Source: a bacterium
GTDB lineage: Bacteria; Patescibacteriota; UBA1384; CAILIB01
DNA: 64,000 nt
Assembly (NCBI GenBank): GCA_037131105.1
Contig: JBAXRQ010000001.1
Span: forward strand, 701,465-765,464
Direction of reading: 5' to 3'
Part shown: positions 50,525 to 60,119 of the stretch, one piece after another
How the letters are laid out: each line of letters starts with the position of its first letter
Numbering within the stretch: position 1 is the first letter of the stretch
Notes under the pieces: model-generated
What the model was told of the DNA's origin: nothing
What the model saw: the letters and a program-made list of their open reading frames with translations, nothing else
Databases searched by the model: none
Made by a program: the position numbers and the translations under genes

Positions 50525-51679
50525 TTATCTGCGGTCCAGGAAGAGTGTCCGATTGTCATCGGTGATGACGGTGACATTGCCGCCCCCGTCGATGCCTGTC
50601 GCATCGGTAAACCATACGGCACCCTCACCCGACGGCGGCTCAGTGACTTTGGTCAGCATCACCGGTGGTCCACCGGCCTGACGCCATTCGGCAGCGTAGG
50701 TGGTGGTGATGGTACCGCCGTTGGTCTGGGCGCCCGCGCTGGAGGCCGATGTGACCGGAACGTTTCCGACGATGTCGTAACCGTTCGTCGCACTGGCAAT
50801 ACCGGGCCCAAGGTCCAAGATCTTGCCACTGACTATCTCCCACCGGCAAGCATGGGATGAGGCGCCCGGATAGTCGCGAACGGTAACCGCTACGACCCCG
50901 TTGTCGGCCACATCCGCCGCATAGGCCGGATGGGTTCCCGTATTGAGCTGACGGGGTAGAAAGTGGCGGCCATCGGCTGCCCGTTCCCAGACCCGTGCCT
51001 TGGGAAGACCAGCGATGACTTCATAGCCAGCGGCGTACTTCCCATTCGGCGAGGAATTGAGGACGTAGGCACTGTCAGCGTTATCCGACATGGGCAGCGC
51101 ATTCAACACTGTGTCGCCCGGCAGCCACATGGCAGGCTGTACCGTGTTGTTTCCCCACGTGTTAAGGTAGAGGATTCCACGGGACATCCGGGCCGGACTG
51201 CCGACGATCGTACGGAACGGCCATTTGACTGGTCGACCCGGCGAAACGACGCCATTCACGGTGCTCGGAGCGGTGCGATACGAGATGGCACCGATACCTC
51301 CGGCAAGACCGCCATTGGTCTGGGCGCCGCCCTTTGTGGGGACGTTGACTTGATAGACTCCGGCGATGTCGCCGTTGTCTCCCAAAGCGACGAGGGTTTC
51401 CCCCGCCAGGGGCGGGATCACCTGCGCGCCATCCTTCAACTTCCACTTGGTAAACGCCGACGTTCCACCCATGCCCGCGACACTTGCGAAAGCAGTGCCG
51501 TCGGTTAGGAGCTTCGCCGGCGTTCCCCCGAAGGGGATCAGGATGCTATCATACTGCGCCGGATCCAACGGGATCCCGCCGCGCGTTACGAGTGCGACCT
51601 CCGGTTGGGCCTGCACTACTGCAGCCATACCGACAACTCCCACTGCCAACGACAACGTCTTCTTCAAGATGCTCTTCAC
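50525..51679 (-). CDS. Secreted beta-rich protein (HAF-repeat/propeller-like)
   Basis: Signal peptide (VQA); recurring A..W and D.GD.AG units. Confidence 0.6.
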   Translation of the reverse strand: MKSILKKTLSLAVGVVGMAAVVQAQPEVALVTRGGIPLDPAQYDSILIPFGGTPAKLLTDGTAFASVAGMGGTSAFTKWKLKDGAQVIPPLAGETLVALGDNGDIAGVYQVNVPTKGGAQTNGGLAGGIGAISYRTAPSTVNGVVSPGRPVKWPFRTIVGSPARMSRGILYLNTWGNNTVQPAMWLPGDTVLNALPMSDNADSAYVLNSSPNGKYAAGYEVIAGLPKARVWERAADGRHFLPRQLNTGTHPAYAADVADNGVVAVTVRDYPGASSHACRWEIVSGKILDLGPGIASATNGYDIVGNVPVTSASSAGAQTNGGTITTTYAAEWRQAGGPPVMLTKVTEPPSGEGAVWFTDATGIDGGGNVTVITDDNRTLFLDRR

Positions 51680-51883
51680 GTTCTCTTCTCCCGTGTCGCA
51701 AGCTTATTATTCGCCTGACAAAGCGGCTTGCTGACTATTTTCAAAGTGTCGGCGGGATATTATCACATTTCCCCCACTTTGTCAATGACTTTTGGCTCTG
51801 ACAAGGATATACATTTCGACCTTCCGAAGTGACTACACTGATGGTATAGTGAGACTACTATCTACCAGATTGCTCTTTTTCCG

Positions 51884-52216
51884 ATGGTAAGCGAACACCT
51901 CCTCATCTACATCAAGTCATCCCTCGACCAGGGCCTTGACCTGAAAAGCATTAGCGCCACCCTGGTAAACAAGGGCTGGCAGAATACGTATATAGATGAG
52001 GGAATGGCCGAAGTGCAGGCAGACCCCACGTTCGCTAAGTACTTCAAGGCACCCGCTCCCAAACGCTCCTTCGCGCCCATTCTTCTTATCGCCCTCCTCA
52101 TGCTCCTCGGAGCAGCCGGCGCTTTTGCTTGGAAAAATGGCAGGTTGGACGGCCTGAAACGGACCCTAGGCATACCGGTTACCGACACCAGCTACACCCC
52201 TACCAGCCCCTATTAA
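51884..52216 (+). CDS. Small membrane protein
   Basis: YI...L..G......I...L...GW helical N-domain plus one TM. Confidence 0.65.
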   Translation: MVSEHLLIYIKSSLDQGLDLKSISATLVNKGWQNTYIDEGMAEVQADPTFAKYFKAPAPKRSFAPILLIALLMLLGAAGAFAWKNGRLDGLKRTLGIPVTDTSYTPTSPY

Positions 52217-52320
52217 CCAGGATGACTTGTTCAACCTGTTCACCAGGGTGGGCAAAGCGGATTCTTCAGGTTAGAGTGTCCAGGTGTCCTAATACCCCCT
52301 GATTAGCTATACTGGGATCA

Positions 52321-54219
52321 ATGAGCCGCACCAGGACTACCCTTTTTGCCCTCTCCCTCGGTGCCCTCGGCATCGTTTTCGGCGACATCGGCACCAGCCC
52401 CCTCTATGCCCTCAACGTCCTCTTTGGTCCTGTAGGCTATCACCTGGTTCCCAGCCAAGAAAACATCTTTGGCATCATCTCCCTTCTTCTCTGGTCAGTG
52501 ACATTAGTGGTCTCGGTCAAGTTCGTCGGCTTCATAATGAGGGTAGATAATGCCGGCGAGGGTGGCATTATGGCTCTGGTGGCCAAAATCAAAGGCAGCA
52601 AGCTCCCTGCACACTCACAGTGGATCTTTATTCTATTGGGTCTGGTCGGCGTCTCACTTTTTTACGGGGACATCACTATCACGCCCGCCATCTCAGTGCT
52701 TTCAGCCGTGGAAGGCCTCAAGGTAGTAGCCCCCGGCCTGGACTCACTGATCATCCCGGTAACCCTGATCCTTTTGGTTCTACTTTTTGGCATCCAGCGC
52801 TACGGTACCTCGCTTATTGGCGAACTGTTCGGCCCGGTCATGCTCCTCTGGTTCCTTACCATTGCGGCTGGAGGCGGCTGGCAGATCTGGCAACACCCTG
52901 ATATTCTCACTGCCCTTCTTCCTCAGACCGCTGTCAATTTCTTTCTAGCCCAGCCCGCGGTGGCCTTTGCCGCCTTGGGAGCAGTAATCCTAGCCATCAC
53001 CGGAGCTGAGGCACTCTACGCAGACATGGGGCATTTCGGAAAATCCCCGATCACCCGGGCTTGGTTCTTCGTGGTATTCCCCGCCCTACTACTCTGCTAC
53101 ATGGGACAGGGTGCTCTGATGCTGCACAATACCGCAGCACTGAGTAATCCGCTGGTCTTACTCTACCCCACTGCTCTTCAGCTTCCCGTGGTAATCCTAG
53201 CGACACTTGCCACCATCATCGCCTCCCAATCGGTCATCTCAGGCGCTTTCTCACTCACCCGCCAGGCGGTTCAGCTGAATTTCCTGCCCAAGATGCTGGT
53301 GCGTCACACCTCAACCAAGGAAAGTGGCCAGATCTACTTACCTTTTGTAAACGGTGCCCTGTTTCTCAGCGTAGTCCTGCTAGTACTCCTATTCGGCTCT
53401 TCAGCCCACTTAGCCGGCGCCTATGGCATCGCGGTAAGCGGCACCCTGGCTGTCGACACCATCCTCTATCTAGTAGTACTCACGGCCAGCTCCCGAACAC
53501 CATTGCAGTACATTATCCTAGCTGCCCTGGCCTTTCTTCCCATTGACCTTCTGTTTGTAGGCGCCACCCTGCCCAAGATCATGCAGGGAGGCTGGTTCCC
53601 CCTGGCTGTTGGCGCCCTGATGCTCACCGTAATCACGACCTGGAGAAAAGGCCAACGCATTACCTCGGCTGAGCGCATGACCCTGGAAGGACCGCTGCAG
53701 GACTTCGTGGATGAGATCCGCCACATGAAACCCGCCCTGATGCGGGCACCCGGCACGTCAGTATATATCGGTCACCATCCCGGTTTCGCTCCCCTGGCCC
53801 TCCGAGCTACCGTCCAAGACCTGCACGAATTGGCCGAAAAAGTGATCATCGTCACGGTGAACGTTACTACCGAGTCGCATGTGCCGGAGGAGGAGCGGGC
53901 CGTTTTCGATAATCTAGGCCATAATGACGGCATCGCCTATGTCAGCCTTACCTATGGATATCACGACGTGCCCCATGTCCCCCATGCCTTGGAAGAGCTT
54001 TCGGCTAAGGATCCCCACAATGTGGAGCTGAAGATCGACGCTGAACACGCCTCATACTTCGTCTCAACCAGCCGGGTAGTACCTAGCCGCAGCCTGAACA
54101 TGGCTGGCTGGCGCAAGTATATGTATACGGTCATGTCGCACAATGCTACCAGCTCCAGTGACTACTTCCATCTGCCTATCGAGCGGACTGTGGAGATGCA
54201 GTCGCTTATTCCCCTTTAG
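52321..54219 (+). CDS. kup: KUP/HAK/KT potassium transporter
   Basis: GIVFGDIGTSPLYA, GEGG, TPAISVLSA, GAEALYADMGHF and GQIYLP motifs. Confidence 0.95.
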   Translation: MSRTRTTLFALSLGALGIVFGDIGTSPLYALNVLFGPVGYHLVPSQENIFGIISLLLWSVTLVVSVKFVGFIMRVDNAGEGGIMALVAKIKGSKLPAHSQWIFILLGLVGVSLFYGDITITPAISVLSAVEGLKVVAPGLDSLIIPVTLILLVLLFGIQRYGTSLIGELFGPVMLLWFLTIAAGGGWQIWQHPDILTALLPQTAVNFFLAQPAVAFAALGAVILAITGAEALYADMGHFGKSPITRAWFFVVFPALLLCYMGQGALMLHNTAALSNPLVLLYPTALQLPVVILATLATIIASQSVISGAFSLTRQAVQLNFLPKMLVRHTSTKESGQIYLPFVNGALFLSVVLLVLLFGSSAHLAGAYGIAVSGTLAVDTILYLVVLTASSRTPLQYIILAALAFLPIDLLFVGATLPKIMQGGWFPLAVGALMLTVITTWRKGQRITSAERMTLEGPLQDFVDEIRHMKPALMRAPGTSVYIGHHPGFAPLALRATVQDLHELAEKVIIVTVNVTTESHVPEEERAVFDNLGHNDGIAYVSLTYGYHDVPHVPHALEELSAKDPHNVELKIDAEHASYFVSTSRVVPSRSLNMAGWRKYMYTVMSHNATSSSDYFHLPIERTVEMQSLIPL

Positions 54220-54241
54220 ATATCAAGCGTGTTGCCTGGCA

Positions 54242-54850
54242 TTATTTCTTTCGTAGTCCCAGGAAGCATCCCGCCACCGCTACGATGAGGGCCACCGCTG
54301 CCAAAGCCCGGGAAGCAGAGTCCCGACCGGTAGAAGTCGCACCAGTTACCGGGGTCGGTGTGGCGGCCAGGTCATTTATTATTGTTGTCTCTGAATACGG
54401 GGTCAGACTGTCATCATTGGCCCGTCCAGCTACGGGAGCCTGGTCCCAGGAAGTAATAGTCCCGTCGGAAAAGGTCTGGTAGGCCTTCCAGTTCAAGGCT
54501 CCCTGGGTTCCCGGCACCTGAGCCCTAAAAGTAAAGTCCAGGCGCTGCCCGGCGGGAATGACCCCACCGATCCAACTGATTTCGGTAAGCTTGCCCTTGT
54601 CATCTGCCTTGGTGGCAATATTCCAGCCTAGCTGGACGGTAGGCATGACGTCGGCAAGACCCCCTGGTAGAACCAAGCGCAGGCCAGTCACCGAGACATT
54701 ATCCTTTTCGTTTGGCACGCTGATGCTGAAGGTCTGGGTAGTGGCAACACCAACCTGAGAAGGTGTGATAACGACATGGGCGGAAGCGACACCAGCACTA
54801 AGCATGACAAGACCGAGCGTAGCGACAAAGCCTAATAGTGACTTTTTCAT
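54242..54850 (-). CDS. YcnI/DUF1775 copper-binding membrane protein
   Basis: ASA|HV N-terminal His, VPNE, GW, I.W.GG, YQT.SDG...W; C-terminal TM. Confidence 0.85.
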   Translation of the reverse strand: MKKSLLGFVATLGLVMLSAGVASAHVVITPSQVGVATTQTFSISVPNEKDNVSVTGLRLVLPGGLADVMPTVQLGWNIATKADDKGKLTEISWIGGVIPAGQRLDFTFRAQVPGTQGALNWKAYQTFSDGTITSWDQAPVAGRANDDSLTPYSETTIINDLAATPTPVTGATSTGRDSASRALAAVALIVAVAGCFLGLRKK

Positions 54851-54860
54851 GACTAAATGA

Positions 54861-55373
54861 TTAATGACGGGATCGTGGCTTTCTGGGCTCATACCTACTC
54901 CAGGCCACATAGCCCACTATAGCTACGAAGATGGCTCCCAACAAGGTCCAGAGCAGAAAGCCTCCCTTATTTGAAGAAGACGTCGTGATACCTCGCTCCA
55001 CCCGGGTCTGCCACTTCAGGTCAAATTTGGAAAAGTCGCCGGCAACATAGGGGAAACCGGACAACTCCACCTGGTAGATACCTGCGGCTGGAAAAGTATA
55101 GGAAACATACGGAGTAGCGGCATTGTCGGTCAGTGGCTGTTGACTTACTACTCTTCCGTCAGACGACAGTATTATCTGACACTGGCAGTTAGCGAGCTGG
55201 AATTTCCCTTTAGTATCCTTCAGATCAAAGAACAGGGTGGCCGACTGGCCGGCGACCGGGGCATCCCCCGGCTCAATATGCAGTACCGCCCCGATAGTTC
55301 CGTCGCGCTCGAGGAAATGGGCCTGGGCGACAGACGGCGCCAAAAACAGCAGGATAATCAACAGGTACTTCAT
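54861..55373 (-). CDS. Exported Ig-like protein with N-terminal His and C-terminal TM
   Basis: AQA|HF, LHIEP.D.P.AG and FP..GIY motifs. Confidence 0.65.
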   Translation of the reverse strand: MKYLLIILLFLAPSVAQAHFLERDGTIGAVLHIEPGDAPVAGQSATLFFDLKDTKGKFQLANCQCQIILSSDGRVVSQQPLTDNAATPYVSYTFPAAGIYQVELSGFPYVAGDFSKFDLKWQTRVERGITTSSSNKGGFLLWTLLGAIFVAIVGYVAWSRYEPRKPRSRH

Positions 55374-56953
55374 TGGACGTTGATGGTGAAGTCGGCAACG
55401 AACAAATGGCCAGCCGGATTGAACTCGGCAAAGAGCCGGTAGGTTCCAGGATGGATGGGCCCGTACAGCCCGAGCGGCAGGAAGGTGACGGTCGGCCCTG
55501 AAAGATCGCTGGCAGCTGGGATGGTCAGGTTATTGGGATGTACATGCAGGTAGTCAAAGCCGTCCTCTCGGATCATCACCAGATGGCCAAACGCCTCTAA
55601 GTAAGGTCTTAGGTCAGTGACCGCCTTCCCGGTGGCAGCGTCCTGGATGGTAAAGGTCAGGGTCTGGCTACCCACTGACAGCTCCGATGCCTTGAGGGGC
55701 GCACTAGTCTGCAGACTCACTTTGTAGTCACCAAAGGTCTTGGTCTGGGTGTTGTCAGGCTTCTGGGCAGGCGCTTCAGACCCCACCGTACCCACCGCCA
55801 AGGTAAAGGCCTGCTGCTGCTCAATGGCACCGAACGGCTGGTAGTTGACGTACAGATGGTAGAGCCCATCGGCCGGCAGGGCGGTGGTCACGACAAAGCT
55901 CCCATTCACAAAGTCCGGATGAATATGACTGAAATAGTCGAGTTTCTCATTGACGATGACCAGGTGCACGTACTGGCTGTAGACTTTCGAATAGCTGCTG
56001 ACCGCATAACCGGAGCTGGCGTCATAGACCTTAAATGCCAGTTGCACCGGTTGGCCTGCCTTCACCACGGCAGGGGCCGAAAAGCTCACCGTATAGCGCT
56101 TGGTCTTATCCCCTCGCAAACCGGCATAGGCAGGACTGTTCAGGTTCACATTTGAACTGAAGCCGAAAGCGGAAGTAGCTGACTGCTGCGCCTGCTGGGC
56201 CAGCTGAATATGGGCGGAGTGGATATTGATACCCAGGCTGGCACTTCCCTCTGGCGCGAGATACTGCGCGCCGAGGCCGACAACTAACGCGACCACTACG
56301 GCAGAAAAGCCGAACCGCGCTACGACCTGATACTTCCGCTCCAACAGCTTATCCACCCGAAGCGCCTCCAAGAACAGCAGGATTGCCAGCAGCACGAAGG
56401 CGACCTTAGCCACGGGCGACGTAGCTAGATCGGCAAAGTCGCTTCCTAGAAGCAAGGCATGCAGGACGAGCAGGACTCCGGCTGCATAGACCAGTCGGTG
56501 CAGTCGCTTCCACCATTTCCCCAGCCGACGGACCATGTAGTCAAACGAGGTAGAGGCCATCATGGCCACTATTACCAGGGCGGTGCCGCTGCAGGTTATG
56601 GCAAACAAATAGCGATTATCCAGGAAGGGAAGGCCGGAAAACCCTCCCAGCTCACCAAAGAATGAGTAGGCAAGATGGAAGCAAGCCAGAATGAACACGG
56701 AGAACCCGGTCGCCCGTCGGGCCTTGGTCACTATCCCCCGCCATGGCAAGGTCGGAAGGGCTTCGTACAACGGGCTAACCAACAGTGAGATATAGAGAAA
56801 GCCGAGCGCCAGAAGCCCAAAATCCTGGGCAAGCAGCGATACCTGGAGCGGCCCCTCAGGCACCTCGCTTCCCACCCGTAGGTAGACCCCGGCGATGACA
56901 AGGCCAGTAAGGCAGAGGACATGGAAGCGAACATTGCGAAGCAAGGCATGCAT
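55370..56953 (-). CDS. Ferric-reductase-like (MsrQ-type) TM domain fused to two His-rich extracellular domains
   Basis: RRATG..H and W..LHRLVY..H heme-ligand pattern; HLVIV..YFSHIHP and GHLV..YLHVHP. Confidence 0.8.
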   Translation of the reverse strand: MHALLRNVRFHVLCLTGLVIAGVYLRVGSEVPEGPLQVSLLAQDFGLLALGFLYISLLVSPLYEALPTLPWRGIVTKARRATGFSVFILACFHLAYSFFGELGGFSGLPFLDNRYLFAITCSGTALVIVAMMASTSFDYMVRRLGKWWKRLHRLVYAAGVLLVLHALLLGSDFADLATSPVAKVAFVLLAILLFLEALRVDKLLERKYQVVARFGFSAVVVALVVGLGAQYLAPEGSASLGINIHSAHIQLAQQAQQSATSAFGFSSNVNLNSPAYAGLRGDKTKRYTVSFSAPAVVKAGQPVQLAFKVYDASSGYAVSSYSKVYSQYVHLVIVNEKLDYFSHIHPDFVNGSFVVTTALPADGLYHLYVNYQPFGAIEQQQAFTLAVGTVGSEAPAQKPDNTQTKTFGDYKVSLQTSAPLKASELSVGSQTLTFTIQDAATGKAVTDLRPYLEAFGHLVMIREDGFDYLHVHPNNLTIPAASDLSGPTVTFLPLGLYGPIHPGTYRLFAEFNPAGHLFVADFTINVQ

Positions 56954-56992
56954 GAAGCGAGTATAGCAGGTTAGGCAAACCCGAGCAGAAAC

Positions 56993-57814
56993 TTAGAGGA
57001 AGCGAAAGCTGTCAGCCATGTGCTGGTCATAGGTAGTGCTGCCGTCCGCCCCAGTAAGCACTGCCTCCTGGCCTCTCTCCCAATAAATCACTTCCTGTCG
57101 AGCCGGAGAGTAATTAATGGCATGGTCGGAATCAACATAACACTGGCTCACCTCCTCCGGCTTGCCGTCTCCTACCAGCAATATTGTGAACGCCCCGTTT
57201 TGGGCAGAAGGCTTCTTGGTAAAGTGACAGCCCGTGCCGTACTGCTTCTTAATAAAAGCAGATAACTCCGAATCAGAGGCAACGGGAGCTCTTCCTAGAT
57301 CAAGCAAATGGACGGCATTCGACTTGGCATCCTCAAGGGAAGCCAGCGTAGTGGGCTGCGAGCCGCATTGGCTATCGCCAGCAGACAGAACCGAGTAGTT
57401 GCTGGAGGCCACATAGATCGTTCCCGTTCCCTCAAAAACCTGGAGTGGGGCGGGGCGCTCTCCTGCCAACCAGTAAGCTCCCGACGAACCCTTGAAGCAA
57501 TCAAGGGCCATAGCCTGCTTGGGAAGCTTTACTGAAAACTGCCAGCTCTGATTGGTATACAGATTCCACGTGTCATCCACCGATACAAGGCTACCAGCAG
57601 CCGTTACAGGAAGATGGACGCTGGAAATCGGAGAAGCAGTGGCAGATGCAGACGGCGATACGGTAGTCGTTGCAGATGCCGGTGATGAATGATGCGAACG
57701 ATACAGAAATGCCCCTCCCAGAGACGCGATGACCAAAATGCCGAGACCGACCAGCATATACTGGTCACGGGTAAAGCGGGAAACCGTCTGCGACTTCTTT
57801 TTCTTAGTAGGCAT
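56993..57814 (-). CDS. Hypothetical membrane-anchored protein
   Basis: Basic N-tail, TM, S/T linker, W..YTN..F.VKLP, ends SFRFL (PsbP-like pattern possible). Confidence 0.65.
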   Translation of the reverse strand: MPTKKKKSQTVSRFTRDQYMLVGLGILVIASLGGAFLYRSHHSSPASATTTVSPSASATASPISSVHLPVTAAGSLVSVDDTWNLYTNQSWQFSVKLPKQAMALDCFKGSSGAYWLAGERPAPLQVFEGTGTIYVASSNYSVLSAGDSQCGSQPTTLASLEDAKSNAVHLLDLGRAPVASDSELSAFIKKQYGTGCHFTKKPSAQNGAFTILLVGDGKPEEVSQCYVDSDHAINYSPARQEVIYWERGQEAVLTGADGSTTYDQHMADSFRFL

Positions 57815-57834
57815 ACCCCCAGTATAACCTGATT

Positions 57835-58560
57835 CTAGAAACCTGCGAAATGAACGGCCAGGAAAATGACCACGGCACCAGCGACCGTCATAACACTGGT
57901 AATGAACTTTGGGTGATGGTGGTGACTCTCGGGTAGCAGGTCTCCCGCTCCGATATAAAGGAAGAAGCCAGCAAAGAGCGCCAGCAGCAGACCAAGCTCA
58001 GGACCTGGTACGGTAAAGAAGAAGGTGGCCAGCACACCTAGTACCGGCGCCACAGCGTCTATTCCAAGCCAGATCAAGGCGCGACGGTCCCGCCCCTTGT
58101 CCCGCAGAATAACCGTAACGGTGTTAATGCCGTCCGAAAAATCGTGGGCCAGCACCGCCGCTGCCACTACTACGCCCACCGCTGGAGATACCTGGAAGGC
58201 CAGTCCAATGCCGATACCATCCAAAAAACTATGCAATGACAGGCTAGCGGCTCCGAGGATCCCTCGGTGCCCGGTAGTATCGCAGTCATCATCATGCTCG
58301 GTATGTGGATGTAGCAGAATCACCCGGCTTAACAGCATATAGAGAAGAAAGCCTACCGCCGTCACTGCCGTAACCTGACTAAGGTCATAGTGCTTGGTCG
58401 CCAGGTCTATGGACTCGGGCAAGAGGTCAAAAAATGCCACCCCGATGACTGCACCGGCGCTGAAGCCCAGGATGAGATGCAGGCTGTCCCGCTTCCAGAA
58501 GGCAAACAATCCCCCGCAGAGGGTGGCGACCAGAGTGGCAAGAGCTATGAGAATGATCAT
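57835..58560 (-). CDS. ZIP-family metal transporter
   Basis: FSAG, DLLPE, HSFLDG and HDFSDG motifs; His-rich loops. Confidence 0.9.
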   Translation of the reverse strand: MIILIALATLVATLCGGLFAFWKRDSLHLILGFSAGAVIGVAFFDLLPESIDLATKHYDLSQVTAVTAVGFLLYMLLSRVILLHPHTEHDDDCDTTGHRGILGAASLSLHSFLDGIGIGLAFQVSPAVGVVVAAAVLAHDFSDGINTVTVILRDKGRDRRALIWLGIDAVAPVLGVLATFFFTVPGPELGLLLALFAGFFLYIGAGDLLPESHHHHPKFITSVMTVAGAVVIFLAVHFAGF

Positions 58561-58585
58561 CGGTGAAAATAAGTGTTATGGTGAG

Positions 58586-58648
58586 ATACTAGCCCGACCA
58601 GAGATATAGTGCAAGTAATTTGCATTAGTATGCTGTATTTGATAGTCT
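58586..58648. promoter_or_regulatory. Divergent promoters with an overlapping Fur-family box
   Basis: TGCAAGTAATTTGCA palindrome (58610-58624); TTGCAT-17-TAGTCT on plus and TTGCAC-17-TAGTAT on minus. Confidence 0.65.
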
Positions 58649-58654
58649 TAGACC

Positions 58655-59044
58655 ATGAATACGTCCCGTCAGACCAAGGCCCGACAGGCCCTTATCCAGA
58701 TACTGCGTCGCCACGACTCCCCCCTTTCCCTAGCTGAACTATGGGAAGAGCTGCAGCGTACCCTGCCGGCTGTCGCCCATTCCACTGTCTTTCGCCTGAT
58801 TACGCGACTTGAGGAAGAGGGTCAGGTAGTCAGAGTGGACTGGCGTGAACGAGGCAGCCGCTATGAGTGGGCCGGCCTCCCCCACCATCACCACATCGTC
58901 TGCACCGGCTGCGGAGAGATCCGCGATCTGGCCGACTCCGACCTGGATTTCGACAGCGACAGGTTGCGCCGAGCCACCGGCTACGATGTCACTTATCATT
59001 CCATTGAGCTTGAGGGCCTCTGCCCTCGGTGCCAGCCGGCCTAA
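58655..59044 (+). CDS. Fur-family regulator (Zur-like)
   Basis: T.AR, STVFR, HHHHIVCTGCG and GLCPRC motifs. Confidence 0.9.
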   Translation: MNTSRQTKARQALIQILRRHDSPLSLAELWEELQRTLPAVAHSTVFRLITRLEEEGQVVRVDWRERGSRYEWAGLPHHHHIVCTGCGEIRDLADSDLDFDSDRLRRATGYDVTYHSIELEGLCPRCQPA

Positions 59045-59051
59045 CGTGAAG

Positions 59052-59084
59052 AGTCGGCGCTTCCAAGAGGTGGAAGCGCCGACT
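59052..59084. terminator. Hairpin/terminator between convergent units
   Basis: AGTCGGCGCTTCCA-AGAGG-TGGAAGCGCCGACT perfect 14-bp stem. Confidence 0.7.
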
Positions 59085-59167
59085 GCAACGGAGGAGTTCA
59101 GGCGGGGAACGACAAAAGTAGAGTCAGGGGATGGCCAAACGGGCCAGGGAACATATACGGGCATTGC

Positions 59168-59404
59168 CTACCCAAACGACGGCTGCAATGTACCCAGTCC
59201 GCGGCGACGGGTTCGAATCCGCAGCGGCGGGTTCAAACCTGGAAGACTAACCGGGTTGGAGGGGTCGCCGGGCACACCTGACGGGCAGGTAGGCAGACGA
59301 CGGCCCAGGCTAGAGGTCGCTGGAATAACAGTCGTTGAGGATCGAAAGGGAGGCGTAATGACACCCCTTTTCTTCACCCATAACTTCAAAAACTGCGCAC
59401 TCAT
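59168..59404 (-). CDS. Small basic Pro/Arg-rich ORF (78 aa), putative
   Basis: AAGGAG RBS; promoter TTGACA-17-TAGTAT (59454-59482). Confidence 0.4.
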   Translation of the reverse strand: MSAQFLKLWVKKRGVITPPFRSSTTVIPATSSLGRRLPTCPSGVPGDPSNPVSLPGLNPPLRIRTRRRGLGTLQPSFG

Positions 59405-59575
59405 AGGACTCCTTTTTCACGGGCCAGGTTGACTACCCTGTCCGTATTCACCGATACTACTGCTGCACGGAACTCCTGTCAATGCAGCCTCATACTACTG
59501 GCGCCGCAGAACCAAAAACGGCGGACTCCACTAGGGAATCCACCGTCTCAGACAACACACTTCGATTCACTCCGC

Positions 59576-60028
59576 CTACGATGCTGGTTGCGGGTTCGCG
59601 GGAGCAAAGAATGTCCGCACAGTGGCCTCATGGAGCTCAATGCCATCTTGGCCATCTACGATAAACAGCTCTCCCGGCTTCCGAACGACGGGTGACTGGC
59701 TGGGCGCACGAACAATATCGGCCCCTCCCTGGCGTACTTCCGAGTACAGTCGGCTCAGATCAGCGTCCATTCTCTCGATATCGAGCCTGTTTTGCTCGTG
59801 CTGTTCGCGTACCCGCTCCGCAAGCCTCAAATACGAGCTCCACACTTTTGAGAACAGAAGGAAAAGGCCCAGTACCGCGACCAGCGTGACTCCGGAAGGA
59901 TTCTGGAGAAACTCCGTCACCCTCACCCAGTTAGTCGTCTGCGCTGAAAAGGCCAGCTCGTCCATTGCAGTAGCGCAGAGGCTGATAACGGCAACAGCCA
60001 CTAGAAAAAAACCAATCAATATTCTCAT
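59576..60028 (-). CDS. Hypothetical 2-TM membrane protein (similar to 32322-32768)
   Basis: Two TMs, coiled coil, shared C-terminal motif; TTGACA-17-TATCTT upstream. Confidence 0.65.
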   Translation of the reverse strand: MRILIGFFLVAVAVISLCATAMDELAFSAQTTNWVRVTEFLQNPSGVTLVAVLGLFLLFSKVWSSYLRLAERVREQHEQNRLDIERMDADLSRLYSEVRQGGADIVRAPSQSPVVRKPGELFIVDGQDGIELHEATVRTFFAPANPQPAS

Positions 60029-60119
60029 CTCAAGACCCCCTGGCAGTTATATGGGATGCCAGCCCGTTTCGTAAAACTTACGAAAAGATACTCCAATTAT
60101 CTGGAATTGTCAATGCAAA

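Noticed and set aside
59195-59240. GGTTCGAATCC and GGTTCAAACC, resembling tRNA T-loops
   Set aside because: The flanks do not form a 5-bp T-stem, acceptor stem or anticodon arm.
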